The position numbers and the translations under genes were made by a program. DNA of 64,000 bases from a virus (taxonomy: Duplodnaviria; Caudoviricetes), in IMG/VR virus record IMGVR_UViG_3300010338_000575. One strand, 5' to 3'. Positions within the stretch are counted from its first letter, which is position 1. The number at the start of each line of letters is the position of its first letter. The notes under the pieces are model-generated. The model saw only the letters and a program-made list of their open reading frames with translations. It made no database searches and was not told the origin of the DNA. This document shows positions 18,421-29,491 of the stretch, one piece after another.

Positions 18421-20451
18421 ATGGATACAAAAACATCCGAAAATAAGGGAACAATATATCAACAATTAAACAAATTATTTAATTTTGATGGATTTGGTTT
18501 TGAAAATCAAAACGATATTAGAAATAATCAAGGATTAAATAATTTTCAAAACACTAAGATTATAATTAAAGGTAATTCACCTGAAGATATTTATAAAAAG
18601 GGATTAGAATTACAACAACAAAAAGAATTGATAAATAAATTTAAAAGAGTTACTGATAGGGGATTTCAAAAAGCATTACAATATGAAGCAGCACGATTAC
18701 CAGCATATGTTGATTATGAGGGTATGGAATTTTATCCATTAATTTCAAGTGCACTTGATTTGTATATGGAAGAAGCAACCACTATTGGTGATAATGGTAA
18801 AATGTTAAACATTTATTCTAATAAAGAACGAATAAAAAATATTTTAGAAGATTTTTTTTATAATATAGTCAACGTAAATGTAAACCTTCCTTTTTGGACT
18901 AGAAACACCGCTAAATATGGTGATAATTTTGTGTTGATGTATGGTGAACGTAAAAAGGGAATTACGCACGTAAAACAATTGGTTAATTATGAAATTGAAA
19001 GATTTGAAAGAGTTATTGATGGTAAACCAGTTGTTAAATTTAAAGAACGAATGACTGGTGATGAATTTAATATTTTTGAAATCGCACATTTTAGATTATT
19101 GGGTGATGATAAATATTTACCATATGGTTCATCGATTTTAAATAAAATAAGACGTGTATTTCGCCAACTAATTATGGCAGAAGATGCGATGTTAACATAT
19201 CGTATAATCAGAGCGGGTGAAAAAAAGGTATTTAAAATTGATGTTGGTAATATGGATGAAGATGATATTGAAAATTATATCTATAAAGTAGCAACAAAAT
19301 TTAAAAGAGCACCACAAATATCACCAAATGACGGACAAATTGATTATAGATTTAATATATTGGGTAATGATGAAGATTATTACATTCCAGTTAGAAACGG
19401 TAATGTTCAAACTGGTATAGATACTCTTCCCGGTGCATCAAATCTTGATGCAATTCAAGACATCGAATATTTGCGAGATAATTTATTTTCTGGTTTAGGA
19501 ATACCGAAACCATTTTTAAGTTTTCAAGACGCATCTGGTGCTGGTAAAAATATGGCACAATATGATATTAGGTTTGCAAAAAAAGTAAATCGAATACAAC
19601 AAGCCATGATTCAGGAATTGAATAAAATGGCAATTATTCATTTATACCTATTAGGTTTTACTGGTGAGGATTTAAATAACTTTAAACTAACATTAACAAA
19701 TCCAAGTACACAATTAGACCTATTAAAATCACAATTATTAAGAGAAAAAGCACAAACATATTCAGAATTAACACGAGGTGAAAATGGTATTGCTGCCATG
19801 TCACACACTAGAGCAAAAAGATTAATATTTAATATGAGCGATAGTGAAATTGTTGAAGATTTGAAACAACAAAAGATGGAAAAGGTTGTAATGCAAGAAT
19901 TAGCAGATGCGCCTGTTATTATCAAGAAAAGCAGATTATTTGTTGATATTGATAACAAATATGGTGAACCCGATGAAAATTTATCAAATTCAGGTAATAC
20001 TAATAATATGGGTGATGAACTACCTAATAGTAATATAGGTGGTGGTTTGCCAAATAATAGTATAGGTGGTGAGTTACCAAACACAGAAATGGGTGGTGGA
20101 TTACCAAGCGTTAATACAGGTGGTGAAACAAGTCAAAATTCAGAACCAACTGCAGGGGGGGAAACAGCACCACAAATTTCTGAAGAAAAAAATAAATTTA
20201 ATTACAACGATTATATCGAAAAATTAGTATATGGCACATCGAAAGAACACACAGTAAAAGATATGATAGATCAAAAATTAATCATCGAAGAAACAAATAA
20301 TATTGTTAATAATCAAAACATAACTGTAAATAGTATGATTAATGAAATTGATAATCTAATTAAAAAAACACAATCATTTAATACTGAACATACTGATAAT
20401 AATGATGCTGAAAATATTGATTGGGATGATTTAGATGATATTGAAATATAA
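18421..20451 (+). CDS. Portal protein (T4 gp20-like)
   Basis: EDAMLTYRIIRAGEKKVFKIDVGN, EDYYIP, IDTLPG. Confidence 0.95.
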   Translation: MDTKTSENKGTIYQQLNKLFNFDGFGFENQNDIRNNQGLNNFQNTKIIIKGNSPEDIYKKGLELQQQKELINKFKRVTDRGFQKALQYEAARLPAYVDYEGMEFYPLISSALDLYMEEATTIGDNGKMLNIYSNKERIKNILEDFFYNIVNVNVNLPFWTRNTAKYGDNFVLMYGERKKGITHVKQLVNYEIERFERVIDGKPVVKFKERMTGDEFNIFEIAHFRLLGDDKYLPYGSSILNKIRRVFRQLIMAEDAMLTYRIIRAGEKKVFKIDVGNMDEDDIENYIYKVATKFKRAPQISPNDGQIDYRFNILGNDEDYYIPVRNGNVQTGIDTLPGASNLDAIQDIEYLRDNLFSGLGIPKPFLSFQDASGAGKNMAQYDIRFAKKVNRIQQAMIQELNKMAIIHLYLLGFTGEDLNNFKLTLTNPSTQLDLLKSQLLREKAQTYSELTRGENGIAAMSHTRAKRLIFNMSDSEIVEDLKQQKMEKVVMQELADAPVIIKKSRLFVDIDNKYGEPDENLSNSGNTNNMGDELPNSNIGGGLPNNSIGGELPNTEMGGGLPSVNTGGETSQNSEPTAGGETAPQISEEKNKFNYNDYIEKLVYGTSKEHTVKDMIDQKLIIEETNNIVNNQNITVNSMINEIDNLIKKTQSFNTEHTDNNDAENIDWDDLDDIEI

Positions 20452-20542
20452 ATTAATTTACAATTATTTATAATAATATATTATAAATTAATAACATTTG
20501 AATTTATTTATAGTATTTATATAATAAAATCACTTGATATTT

Positions 20543-21331
20543 ATGAAAAACACTAATATCGGTATCGCAAGTTTTGTTATTTGTAATAAAATAAGAGATT
20601 CGTTTTTTGAAAAAAATAAAATTAACGAATCACAAACAATTGCATCAGATTTTTTAGATGTTGTTAAAAAATCACCATTACTTCAATTAGAATTTAATGT
20701 ATTTAATAATTTAAAAAACAAATACATTGATAATGATATTATTGCAACTCGTTATATTGATAATAATATCAAACTATTTGAAACATATACAATTGATGAA
20801 ATTGATTTTGAAAGACAAAAAATATCAAAATTTATTAATGAAAATGAAATACCTGAAGATAATTATGATATTATCTTATACAAATCAATTGATAAATTGA
20901 TTAGAGAATCATTAAAATCACCAAACGATATCGATGTTGATGGTATTCATGAATCATTTGTATTTGTTTTAGAACATTTAAAAAAACCCAAAAATAAAAA
21001 AATAGAACTAATTGATAATACAACAGATAATGAAGTTAATGATGTTGTTATTGAAATTGCAATAAATAAATTTAATGAAAAATACAGTACACTTAGTGAT
21101 GATGAAAAAACATTATTAAAAACATTATTTGAATCTGATAATAATAAAAAACAACAATTATTGGAAGATTATAAGAAAGAAACCAAAATATTATTAGAAC
21201 AAATAAATAGTGATGATTTGAAAAGTAATGTTACTTTGGCAATTGAAAAAATAAATAACATGAATTTTGATGCAAACACTGTTGATGATAATATCATAAG
21301 TCTTTTTGAATTAAAAAAGAAATTACAATGA
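20543..21331 (+). CDS. Hypothetical protein in head module
   Basis: ORF after portal with late motif. Confidence 0.65.
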   Translation: MKNTNIGIASFVICNKIRDSFFEKNKINESQTIASDFLDVVKKSPLLQLEFNVFNNLKNKYIDNDIIATRYIDNNIKLFETYTIDEIDFERQKISKFINENEIPEDNYDIILYKSIDKLIRESLKSPNDIDVDGIHESFVFVLEHLKKPKNKKIELIDNTTDNEVNDVVIEIAINKFNEKYSTLSDDEKTLLKTLFESDNNKKQQLLEDYKKETKILLEQINSDDLKSNVTLAIEKINNMNFDANTVDDNIISLFELKKKLQ

Positions 21332-21336
21332 TATTA

Positions 21337-22122
21337 TTAATCATCATAATCCTTTTTCAAATCATTGTACCCAAAATATTTAATTAAAAACTTAAATATT
21401 TTATCAACATATCCAATTCCTTCAATTTCATAATAAAGTTTATATTTCGCTGCAGATATTATTGAATCTTTATAATTTTTTTTTACAAAAGCATGACCCC
21501 TATTATAACCAAATAATGAACTACTTGCCAAATAATCACATTTATTTCCAATATAATTCATATAAATAAATTGTGCTTTTATCATTATTTCTGGATTGTC
21601 TGTTATATTTTGATGTAATTGATGTCTATTTGAAATATTTTCATAATTTATTAAATCAACATCCTTTGTAATTGCGTCAATTTCATCTTCCGTAAAAAGA
21701 ATATCTGTGATATTAAACTTATTATTTATTATTATCTCTTTTACAGTACTTTTTATAAATTGACTAATACCAGATGCAGTGCTTGTTTTTGCATAATTCC
21801 ATAATTTATATCCAGATTCAGCATATGCTTGTGCTGCCAATATATTTGGATCAATTTTAAATAATTCACCATACTTATTATACCAATCAATTAGTGCATT
21901 TCCTAACATATCACCATTATCGATTGATTTACCATCATACTTCGCTTTGGATTTCCATATTTTATCCACATCATAAGCATATCTACTATAAGGCAATCCA
22001 TATTTATTTTTACCAGAAATTAGTGTGTTATAGTTTTTTTTACAATAATCTCTAATAAAATCACAACCTGATTGTGTTAATTGATATTTATTTATAATTT
22101 TTAAATCATTTGTCATAATCAT
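21337..22122 (-). CDS. Lytic transglycosylase (SLT/lysozyme-like)
   Basis: ILAAQAYAESG, ASGISQF, YNRG. Confidence 0.85.
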   Translation of the reverse strand: MIMTNDLKIINKYQLTQSGCDFIRDYCKKNYNTLISGKNKYGLPYSRYAYDVDKIWKSKAKYDGKSIDNGDMLGNALIDWYNKYGELFKIDPNILAAQAYAESGYKLWNYAKTSTASGISQFIKSTVKEIIINNKFNITDILFTEDEIDAITKDVDLINYENISNRHQLHQNITDNPEIMIKAQFIYMNYIGNKCDYLASSSLFGYNRGHAFVKKNYKDSIISAAKYKLYYEIEGIGYVDKIFKFLIKYFGYNDLKKDYDD

Positions 22123-25100
22123 TTCAATTTTAACATGTTATATGCATTATCATCAACATTATCATAATTATAATCAACTGTATTTAAATCAACACTATCA
22201 TCAAGATTTAATATATTAATTAAACCACCAAATGCTATTGGATTTGTTACTCTTGGTATTGGATATTGCGGTATTTTAGTTCCGCTAAACGTAGTTAACA
22301 TTTTATTTGGTGTAATATTATGTTCAACATTGAGTATAATATAAGCACCATTATATAATGGTATGTTATCTAATTGAAAATATTGTGTTGGTTGTATCAT
22401 CATATTACCAAGTGATGTAACTGTTGCTTTATATGACCTATTTTCATATACATTGTACAAATTTTGTCCTTTTGGTATTGGTGCATTACCTTTGGTATCA
22501 TTTGCTAATCTAGATAAAATTTGAATAGATTCATTAGTATCACCATATTCTTTACTATCAATTTTAATATTAACAAACATGGATTGATTTTGCTCACCAA
22601 ATTTAACACGAAATGCATGTACTTTACTATACGGAAAATTATTGTTATTTTGAACTATATTTTGATTGCTATTAAAATCAGGTGGTGGTGTTTCAAATGA
22701 AAAACCATCTGGTTTGAATCCCGAATTCGTTATTGTGGGATATTTAGAATTACCACCGATATACATACAAATAAATGCCGTTGATATTTGTGTATCAACA
22801 TATCCATTATAAATTTTAAATGTATCTTCCCAATCATTACCCAACACTAAAAAATTTTGTAATGGAAAAAATTCAAAACCATTTGCAGATAATAACCCAG
22901 ATAATACAGAATACACACTGACATTTGGATCATCAAAAACATTTAATAAATATTCCACATTTATAATAGTATCATCAACAGGATTCATTGCCCTATCAAC
23001 AAACACGAACAAATCCTTTAATTTACCATTCTCTCTGTTAAATGGATACCCTTTCACACTATTACTAGTTGTTAACCATTTATCATTAATATTTTTAAAT
23101 GAATAATATGTTTGTGTTATAATATCAAAATCTTCATATTTTTTGTTTTCAACATCAGATTTTTCTTTCACTTGTGATTGTATTTTTACTAATTCATTCC
23201 TTAACCTATTAAAAAAATTTTTAAAATAATTTTCAATATTAGTTTTATTGTTTCTATTATTATTGTTAGTATTTTCGATTAGTTTTGAAATACTTTTATA
23301 GTAAATATCTGGATTGGTATTATTGTTATTAATATTAGGATATGAAAATGTTAAACGAGTATAATTAATTATATTTGTTTTTTTATTTAAAATTTCAAAA
23401 ATTGGTTTTAATTGTTCTTCATAAACATCACCTTTATCATCATCACCATTATTTGCCGAATTATATGCATTTAACAACACACTTTTAATAGTACTAAAAT
23501 CACTACTACCAATAAATGTATTATATTCGTTTAAAAAAACTTTCTTGTCTGACACCGATAAATAATTTTTTACATCGTATAAATCGGCAATAATTCGATA
23601 ACCTCTATTAACAAATACATTACTGTTACCCGTAATATAATTAAAAAGTCGGTCTACTTTACCCACCTCTAAAATTGCAACCAATGAACCAATATAGGTT
23701 GTTAGAAATTTTGGTGTTTGAATAATTGCAGGTTGTTTAAACAATAACGTATTTAAACCAACTTCACTACTGTTTTCAAATGGACTTAATGTACTACCAA
23801 AATTTGATAATAACACCACAGTACTTATATGTGTATCATATAAATCACCATTGTTATTGATTATTACGTCATATAAATTATTATCATTTTTTTCTAAAAC
23901 ATCAACCCAAATTTTAGACATCGATTCTTGATGTTTAAATCTTCTTTTAACGTTATCAATATTTATTTCACTATAATTACTAATTCGTTTATTACCATAT
24001 TCCTTTAATCTAATATAATTATTATCATCACTATAATTCAATCCTAATATACTTCTCTTTGAAAGATATCTCGTATTGTATGTATTGTCAGATGTAATAT
24101 CTGGAATATAAATATTATTTTCTTGTGTAAATTTATAATATTCAGAACCAACACCAACACCCGAAAACCATTTTGTTTTTGTTTCATTTACAAAATTTTC
24201 AAAAACATCGTTACCACCCCCAGTTTCATTTTTTATATTAACTTGTTTATCATCAATTTTTAAACCAATGAAATTATCATCATTCTTATCCAAATAAATT
24301 GAAGTATTATCATCAATATCAAATGATTTTATTTGATTATCATCAAAACTGTATAAATTAATACCGTTGTCATTTAATGTTGTGATTTTTTTATAAACAA
24401 AATCAGTGCTATTTGCATATTTAGTTGCTTCGTTTTTAAAAACATCGATTAATTTTATATCGTTTTTTATTGTTTCAAAAATGTTAATTGCCTCAATTTC
24501 TGAATATAATTTAATATAATCATTCGCAAATCTTGAGTTGTTTGAAAAAAAATAATTATTTAAAATACCTTCAGATAAAGCATAAAAACGTTTTACTAAT
24601 ATTTTATAAAAAACATCAATAATAAAATTATCATTGTTTTGTAAAATATTATTTGTATAATAAGGACTTACATATGACGCACCACCAATAACTGAATCAA
24701 TTGGTGATATTGGATACCATCTATATGAACCATCATCATTTTGTTCATTTCTAAGATTATACACTTTTTCATAATTTGATTGGTATTTAAATGTATCGAT
24801 AAAGTTTTTAACCAAATCTAATTCTGGAAATTTTGCACCATTTGATACTAATTTAATAGGAGCAACCTTTTCTTCAACATTCTCTTTTTTTTCAATTATT
24901 AGTGGAAATGCATAAACATGTTTTTGGTTATAAACATCATTACTAAAATTATTTGTAATTATATTAATTTGATCACTATTATTGTGAATATTTTCAGCAT
25001 CAATTGATGTTTTTCTTAAAACATCAAAAAAATTATCAACATCATTTAATATTATTTCAAATATGTTACGAATTGTTGGTATAAAACCCAAATCATTATT

Positions 25101-26483
25101 TATAATACTACTAATTTCATTTGAAACCACATCAACCAATTCGGTTTCTTTGTTATTTGTATCAATAATTTTTTTATACAAATTAATATATAATTCGGAA
25201 ATATCCAAATAAACATATTCTGTTGCGATTTTAGTATTGGTTTCAATATTATTATCACCAATAAATTTTCCAATCAAATTAGTATTTGGATTAATATTTA
25301 ACGATGGATCAATTTTATCTAACAATGTTTGATTATTATATTTTTTTAAAACATCGGTTAATGTAATTTCATTATTACTACTGATAAATGCAATTGATAA
25401 TCTTTTTGATATATTATCAACGGAATCACTACTACCAATATAACTAATAATTTTATTATAATCACTAAGATTATTTATTTTAGTAACAGTTCTTTCAACT
25501 CTTTGACCATTATTAGTGGCTTCAACATAATTTGTCCCATCAGATGTTTTTATATATTGTACATCCACTATATTATTATTACCACCAATTTCATCATATT
25601 TTGTTGATAATTTTTCACTTATGATTAAATAAGGTTTATAAACTTTTAATATATCATTATTTTTATAATTATTAATAATATCAATAATATCTCTTATTTT
25701 TCCTTTAATTTTTTTTGTATTTTCTAATGAAACTACGTTACTGTTTGATTTATATTCAGATATTCTTGAATAAAAATTCCTTAATTTTAATATCAACTCG
25801 TATGTGTTTTGAGGGGCTTTATTACTATTAAGTGAAATTTGTATATCATTATTAATTGGTGGTAAATTAAAATTAACAACATATCTAAACAAAACATCAC
25901 TTAACGGCGCAAATGTCAAACCAATAAAATCTGCATCAATAATATAATTACCATTTTCAGAATTAAATTCAACTGAATGTTTTACCATATGTAACAAATA
26001 TGTTACTGGTTTACCATAATATCCCTTTACAGTTAATTTATATGTTGGTGGTGGAAAATCAAACAAAACACTATACGGTGATTTTTCACCCAAATTTAAA
26101 AAAGCCTGACCCCTAATATCCACAAATCTTATATTTACTTGTGGTACATATGATGAATTTACTACTATTTTTATTGAATCAATACCAAAACCTTCATATT
26201 GTTTTTTACCATCAGTGACACTACCGTAGTAATAATTAGTTGTATAATTACCATAATTACTATCATTTTCTTGGGCATAACCTAATAAACTAATTTTACT
26301 ATAAGTATCATTAATTATATTATTTTCACTATTAGTACCATTTGATGTTATTATAATACTTCTACTCTTACCAAAAACTTCCAATTCGGCAAATATATAC
26401 ATATTTTGGTATGCAGGTATCGCATTTTTAATTCCACTACCAATGCTAATTTGATTTGGGTCTTTTATAAAATCAATTGCCAT
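22119..26483 (-). CDS. Large virion/baseplate hub-like protein
   Basis: 1454 aa; C-terminal ATVTSLGNMMIQP...GAYIILNVEHNI resembles hub/late-control ends. Confidence 0.55.
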   Translation of the reverse strand: MAIDFIKDPNQISIGSGIKNAIPAYQNMYIFAELEVFGKSRSIIITSNGTNSENNIINDTYSKISLLGYAQENDSNYGNYTTNYYYGSVTDGKKQYEGFGIDSIKIVVNSSYVPQVNIRFVDIRGQAFLNLGEKSPYSVLFDFPPPTYKLTVKGYYGKPVTYLLHMVKHSVEFNSENGNYIIDADFIGLTFAPLSDVLFRYVVNFNLPPINNDIQISLNSNKAPQNTYELILKLRNFYSRISEYKSNSNVVSLENTKKIKGKIRDIIDIINNYKNNDILKVYKPYLIISEKLSTKYDEIGGNNNIVDVQYIKTSDGTNYVEATNNGQRVERTVTKINNLSDYNKIISYIGSSDSVDNISKRLSIAFISSNNEITLTDVLKKYNNQTLLDKIDPSLNINPNTNLIGKFIGDNNIETNTKIATEYVYLDISELYINLYKKIIDTNNKETELVDVVSNEISSIINNDLGFIPTIRNIFEIILNDVDNFFDVLRKTSIDAENIHNNSDQINIITNNFSNDVYNQKHVYAFPLIIEKKENVEEKVAPIKLVSNGAKFPELDLVKNFIDTFKYQSNYEKVYNLRNEQNDDGSYRWYPISPIDSVIGGASYVSPYYTNNILQNNDNFIIDVFYKILVKRFYALSEGILNNYFFSNNSRFANDYIKLYSEIEAINIFETIKNDIKLIDVFKNEATKYANSTDFVYKKITTLNDNGINLYSFDDNQIKSFDIDDNTSIYLDKNDDNFIGLKIDDKQVNIKNETGGGNDVFENFVNETKTKWFSGVGVGSEYYKFTQENNIYIPDITSDNTYNTRYLSKRSILGLNYSDDNNYIRLKEYGNKRISNYSEINIDNVKRRFKHQESMSKIWVDVLEKNDNNLYDVIINNNGDLYDTHISTVVLLSNFGSTLSPFENSSEVGLNTLLFKQPAIIQTPKFLTTYIGSLVAILEVGKVDRLFNYITGNSNVFVNRGYRIIADLYDVKNYLSVSDKKVFLNEYNTFIGSSDFSTIKSVLLNAYNSANNGDDDKGDVYEEQLKPIFEILNKKTNIINYTRLTFSYPNINNNNTNPDIYYKSISKLIENTNNNNRNNKTNIENYFKNFFNRLRNELVKIQSQVKEKSDVENKKYEDFDIITQTYYSFKNINDKWLTTSNSVKGYPFNRENGKLKDLFVFVDRAMNPVDDTIINVEYLLNVFDDPNVSVYSVLSGLLSANGFEFFPLQNFLVLGNDWEDTFKIYNGYVDTQISTAFICMYIGGNSKYPTITNSGFKPDGFSFETPPPDFNSNQNIVQNNNNFPYSKVHAFRVKFGEQNQSMFVNIKIDSKEYGDTNESIQILSRLANDTKGNAPIPKGQNLYNVYENRSYKATVTSLGNMMIQPTQYFQLDNIPLYNGAYIILNVEHNITPNKMLTTFSGTKIPQYPIPRVTNPIAFGGLINILNLDDSVDLNTVDYNYDNVDDNAYNMLKLK

Positions 26484-26580
26484 GTTTGATTAATTTTATT
26501 ATAAATACACAAATGTAAAAAAACAAAAAATTAAATAAAAATTGAACAAAACAAACTATTTATATAAAATAATTTAAATC

Positions 26581-26964
26581 ATGGAAGATTTGAACTGTTT
26601 TATGATAATCATATTATTTACCGCTATTATTATTGTGCATTTTAGTGTTATTATATTAGCAATGATTAAATTAAGAAAAAAAAATTCTGAAATTAAACAA
26701 TTACAACAGCAATATATTGCTAAAATTGATATCATTAGAAAAGAACATTCCGATACTCTTGAGAAAATTAGAGTTGAAATGTTAAAAAGAGAAGAAATAA
26801 AAAATCGTCAATGGATTGAAAGCGAAAAAGAAACATTATTGGTGTTAAATGGTGTTTCTACTTTACTTGATTTAAATGAAAAATTATTGACATTAGAATC
26901 TGATAAAATATTTGTTAAGTTAGATGAAATTTCAAATAAATTGAATGATTTAATAAACAAATAA
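26581..26964 (+). CDS. Membrane-anchored coiled-coil protein (holin-like candidate)
   Basis: N-terminal TM followed by coiled coil. Confidence 0.5.
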   Translation: MEDLNCFMIIILFTAIIIVHFSVIILAMIKLRKKNSEIKQLQQQYIAKIDIIRKEHSDTLEKIRVEMLKREEIKNRQWIESEKETLLVLNGVSTLLDLNEKLLTLESDKIFVKLDEISNKLNDLINK

Positions 26965-26989
26965 TATTTATAATTAAATTTATATAAAT

Positions 26990-27124
26990 ATGCCCAATAA
27001 AACAGAAAAATTGAGAGAAATTAAAAAAGCAATTGATGCATTAATACTTAATTTAGAAACTAAACTATTTATTGAAAATGCGCATAATATTAATTTAAAT
27101 AAAAATAATTCGATAAAAAATTGA
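26990..27124 (+). CDS. Small hypothetical protein (44 aa)
   Basis: MPNKTEKLREIKKAIDALILNLETKLFIENAH... fills the intergenic gap. Confidence 0.5.
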   Translation: MPNKTEKLREIKKAIDALILNLETKLFIENAHNINLNKNNSIKN

Positions 27125-27145
27125 TATTTATAATAAATAAAAAAT

Positions 27146-27868
27146 ATGAGTAGAATATTACAAGCGGGTGAGTATGGTTATGGCATTTTAATTGAAAACG
27201 ATGCTGGTTATATTAGTCCCGAACTTAATAATGGTTTATTGTTTGAAACATTTAATACAAAAATTGATGAACCTATCTTAATCAACTGCGTATTACAAAA
27301 ATGGGGGGTTGAAAATAGAAATGGTCGAATTTATCCTAAGGAAGTTTTAGTACCACAGGTTAACGAATATATGAAATTAATTCAAAGCGATTCAGCAATA
27401 TCTGAAGCAGACCATCCAGATTCAAGCGTAATCTCATTACAAAATGTTTCTCATAAGATTGTGAAAATGTGGTGGGGCAAAGGTGATGAAGAAAATGTAT
27501 TATTTGGACAAATAAATTTAATAGTAACCCCCGGTTTTTTGAAATATGGCGTAGTTTCTGTCGTTGGTGATAAAATATTACTTTATTTGCAAAATAATAT
27601 AAAAATTGGTATATCAAGTCGTGGTGTTGGTTCATTAAAACAAGTAAACGGAAAAAATATTGTACAAAACGATTTTGAACTTATTGGTTTTGATTTGGTG
27701 GCAACACCAAGCACACCCGGTGCGTATTTATCACCAATAAAATCAATTGAATTTAACGAAGAGTATCAAAAAAATAAAAATTCACAACTATTAAATAACA
27801 ATGATTTAATTTTTGATAAAAAAAGTGATATTATAATCCATAATGCAATTAATAATTTTTTATCATAA
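27146..27868 (+). CDS. Prohead protease (T4 gp21-like)
   Basis: NRNGRIYP, EADHP, VSH, GISSRGVGS, DLVATPSTPGA. Confidence 0.95.
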   Translation: MSRILQAGEYGYGILIENDAGYISPELNNGLLFETFNTKIDEPILINCVLQKWGVENRNGRIYPKEVLVPQVNEYMKLIQSDSAISEADHPDSSVISLQNVSHKIVKMWWGKGDEENVLFGQINLIVTPGFLKYGVVSVVGDKILLYLQNNIKIGISSRGVGSLKQVNGKNIVQNDFELIGFDLVATPSTPGAYLSPIKSIEFNEEYQKNKNSQLLNNNDLIFDKKSDIIIHNAINNFLS

Positions 27869-27974
27869 TACAATTAATAATCTAAAATAAGAAAAATATT
27901 ATTTTTTATACTTTTTCTTAACAACAATGTATTTATATAAAAATTACGGTATTACATTACATATATAATAAAAT

Positions 27975-29453
27975 ATGGATAAGGAAAATAAATCTTCGAT
28001 ATTAAAAGAAGCGTTAAGTGAATATAATGCAATTATGGAAGCAGCAGACGCTAACGCAAAAAAGAAATTAGCAGAAGAGTTTTCGGAAAAATTTAATGAT
28101 TTGTTAAAAGAAGAATTAAGTAAAAATAATGCAATTAATAAATCATATAAAAAAATTGAAGAAAATGAAGAATTAGAAATTAATAACAATAAAAATAATA
28201 ATGAAATTACTGATATGAAAAAAGAAAAAAAAGAAACCAATTTGGTTGATAATGATGAAAGTATTGATACTAACAAAAACGAAAAAAAGACCGTAAAGTC
28301 TGAAGAGGAAAAAAACATACAAAAAGAAGAGTTTGATATAACAGAACTTGATATCTCAACTGTCGGTACTACATTAGAAAATGCCGATGATGATGATGAA
28401 ATCATTACAATGGATGATATTGAAAACGAAATTAAATCTATGGAAGAATTAGGTGAAGAACTTGAAAATATTTCAAATGATAATGAATCAGAAGATACTG
28501 ATGATTTGAATATTGAAAATTCTGAAGATGGTGATGATTTCAACACACAAAATGTTGAAAATGATGAAACAGATGAAGAAATTTTTGAAAAATTATCTGA
28601 CATAAAAAATGAAATTGACGATATATTACAAACAATAAAACCATCCGAAAACAACGACGGTGATGACGCTAATAATGTTGAAGAACTTAGCGATGACGAT
28701 TTGGAAGAATTATCTGAAATACTTGATAATTTTTCAGATGAATTCGATGATAATAATGACACCGAAAACGTTGATGATTTAAATGATTTTGCTGAAATTG
28801 ATGATGAAAATCAAACAATTGACGCAAATGATAATAACGAGGATGATGATACTGTTGATGAAACTATCGGCATGTCATTTCCAAATAAAAGAGCGACTAC
28901 TGGTAACTTACCCGGAAAAGATTATCAAACACAAGGTAATGTTAGCCGTATGAGATTTTCAATGCGTGAATCTGAAAAAAAACTAAAAGGTTTGATTGAG
29001 GAGAATAAGAAATTAATAAAAAAGATTAATGAAATGGAAAATTATAAAAAATCCGTAAATTCTTTAATCGAACAATACAAAACCGCATTGGAAAAATATA
29101 GAGAACAATTGAAGGAAATGGCAATTTTTAACACTAATTTAGCACATGTTAATAATTTATTTGTTAATGAATCGCTCGCATTAACACAAGAAGATAAAAT
29201 TAGAATTATTAACGAATTTAAAAAAGTTAACACTATTTCTGAATCACAAGAAAAATACAAATCAATTCTTTCTGAATTGAAAAACAATCAGAATAGTTTA
29301 ACTGAAAGTATTGAAAAGAAAGTATCCGCCTCAATACTTCCTTCTTCAAAACAAAAACTCGATGAAGTAATTGAAAAAACTGTATATGAAAACAATGAAC
29401 ATATTGGTAGAATTAAAAGAATTTACCAATACATCGAAAATAGGGGCAAATAA
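27975..29453 (+). CDS. Prohead scaffold/core protein
   Basis: Acidic coiled coil between protease and capsid. Confidence 0.8.
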   Translation: MDKENKSSILKEALSEYNAIMEAADANAKKKLAEEFSEKFNDLLKEELSKNNAINKSYKKIEENEELEINNNKNNNEITDMKKEKKETNLVDNDESIDTNKNEKKTVKSEEEKNIQKEEFDITELDISTVGTTLENADDDDEIITMDDIENEIKSMEELGEELENISNDNESEDTDDLNIENSEDGDDFNTQNVENDETDEEIFEKLSDIKNEIDDILQTIKPSENNDGDDANNVEELSDDDLEELSEILDNFSDEFDDNNDTENVDDLNDFAEIDDENQTIDANDNNEDDDTVDETIGMSFPNKRATTGNLPGKDYQTQGNVSRMRFSMRESEKKLKGLIEENKKLIKKINEMENYKKSVNSLIEQYKTALEKYREQLKEMAIFNTNLAHVNNLFVNESLALTQEDKIRIINEFKKVNTISESQEKYKSILSELKNNQNSLTESIEKKVSASILPSSKQKLDEVIEKTVYENNEHIGRIKRIYQYIENRGK

Positions 29454-29491
29454 TAATAAAAATAATATTAAAATTTAAAAATATTTAGATT

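Noticed and set aside
20005-20125. Repeats in the portal C-terminus (GGxLPN)
   Set aside because: Low-complexity protein linker repeats, not a DNA element
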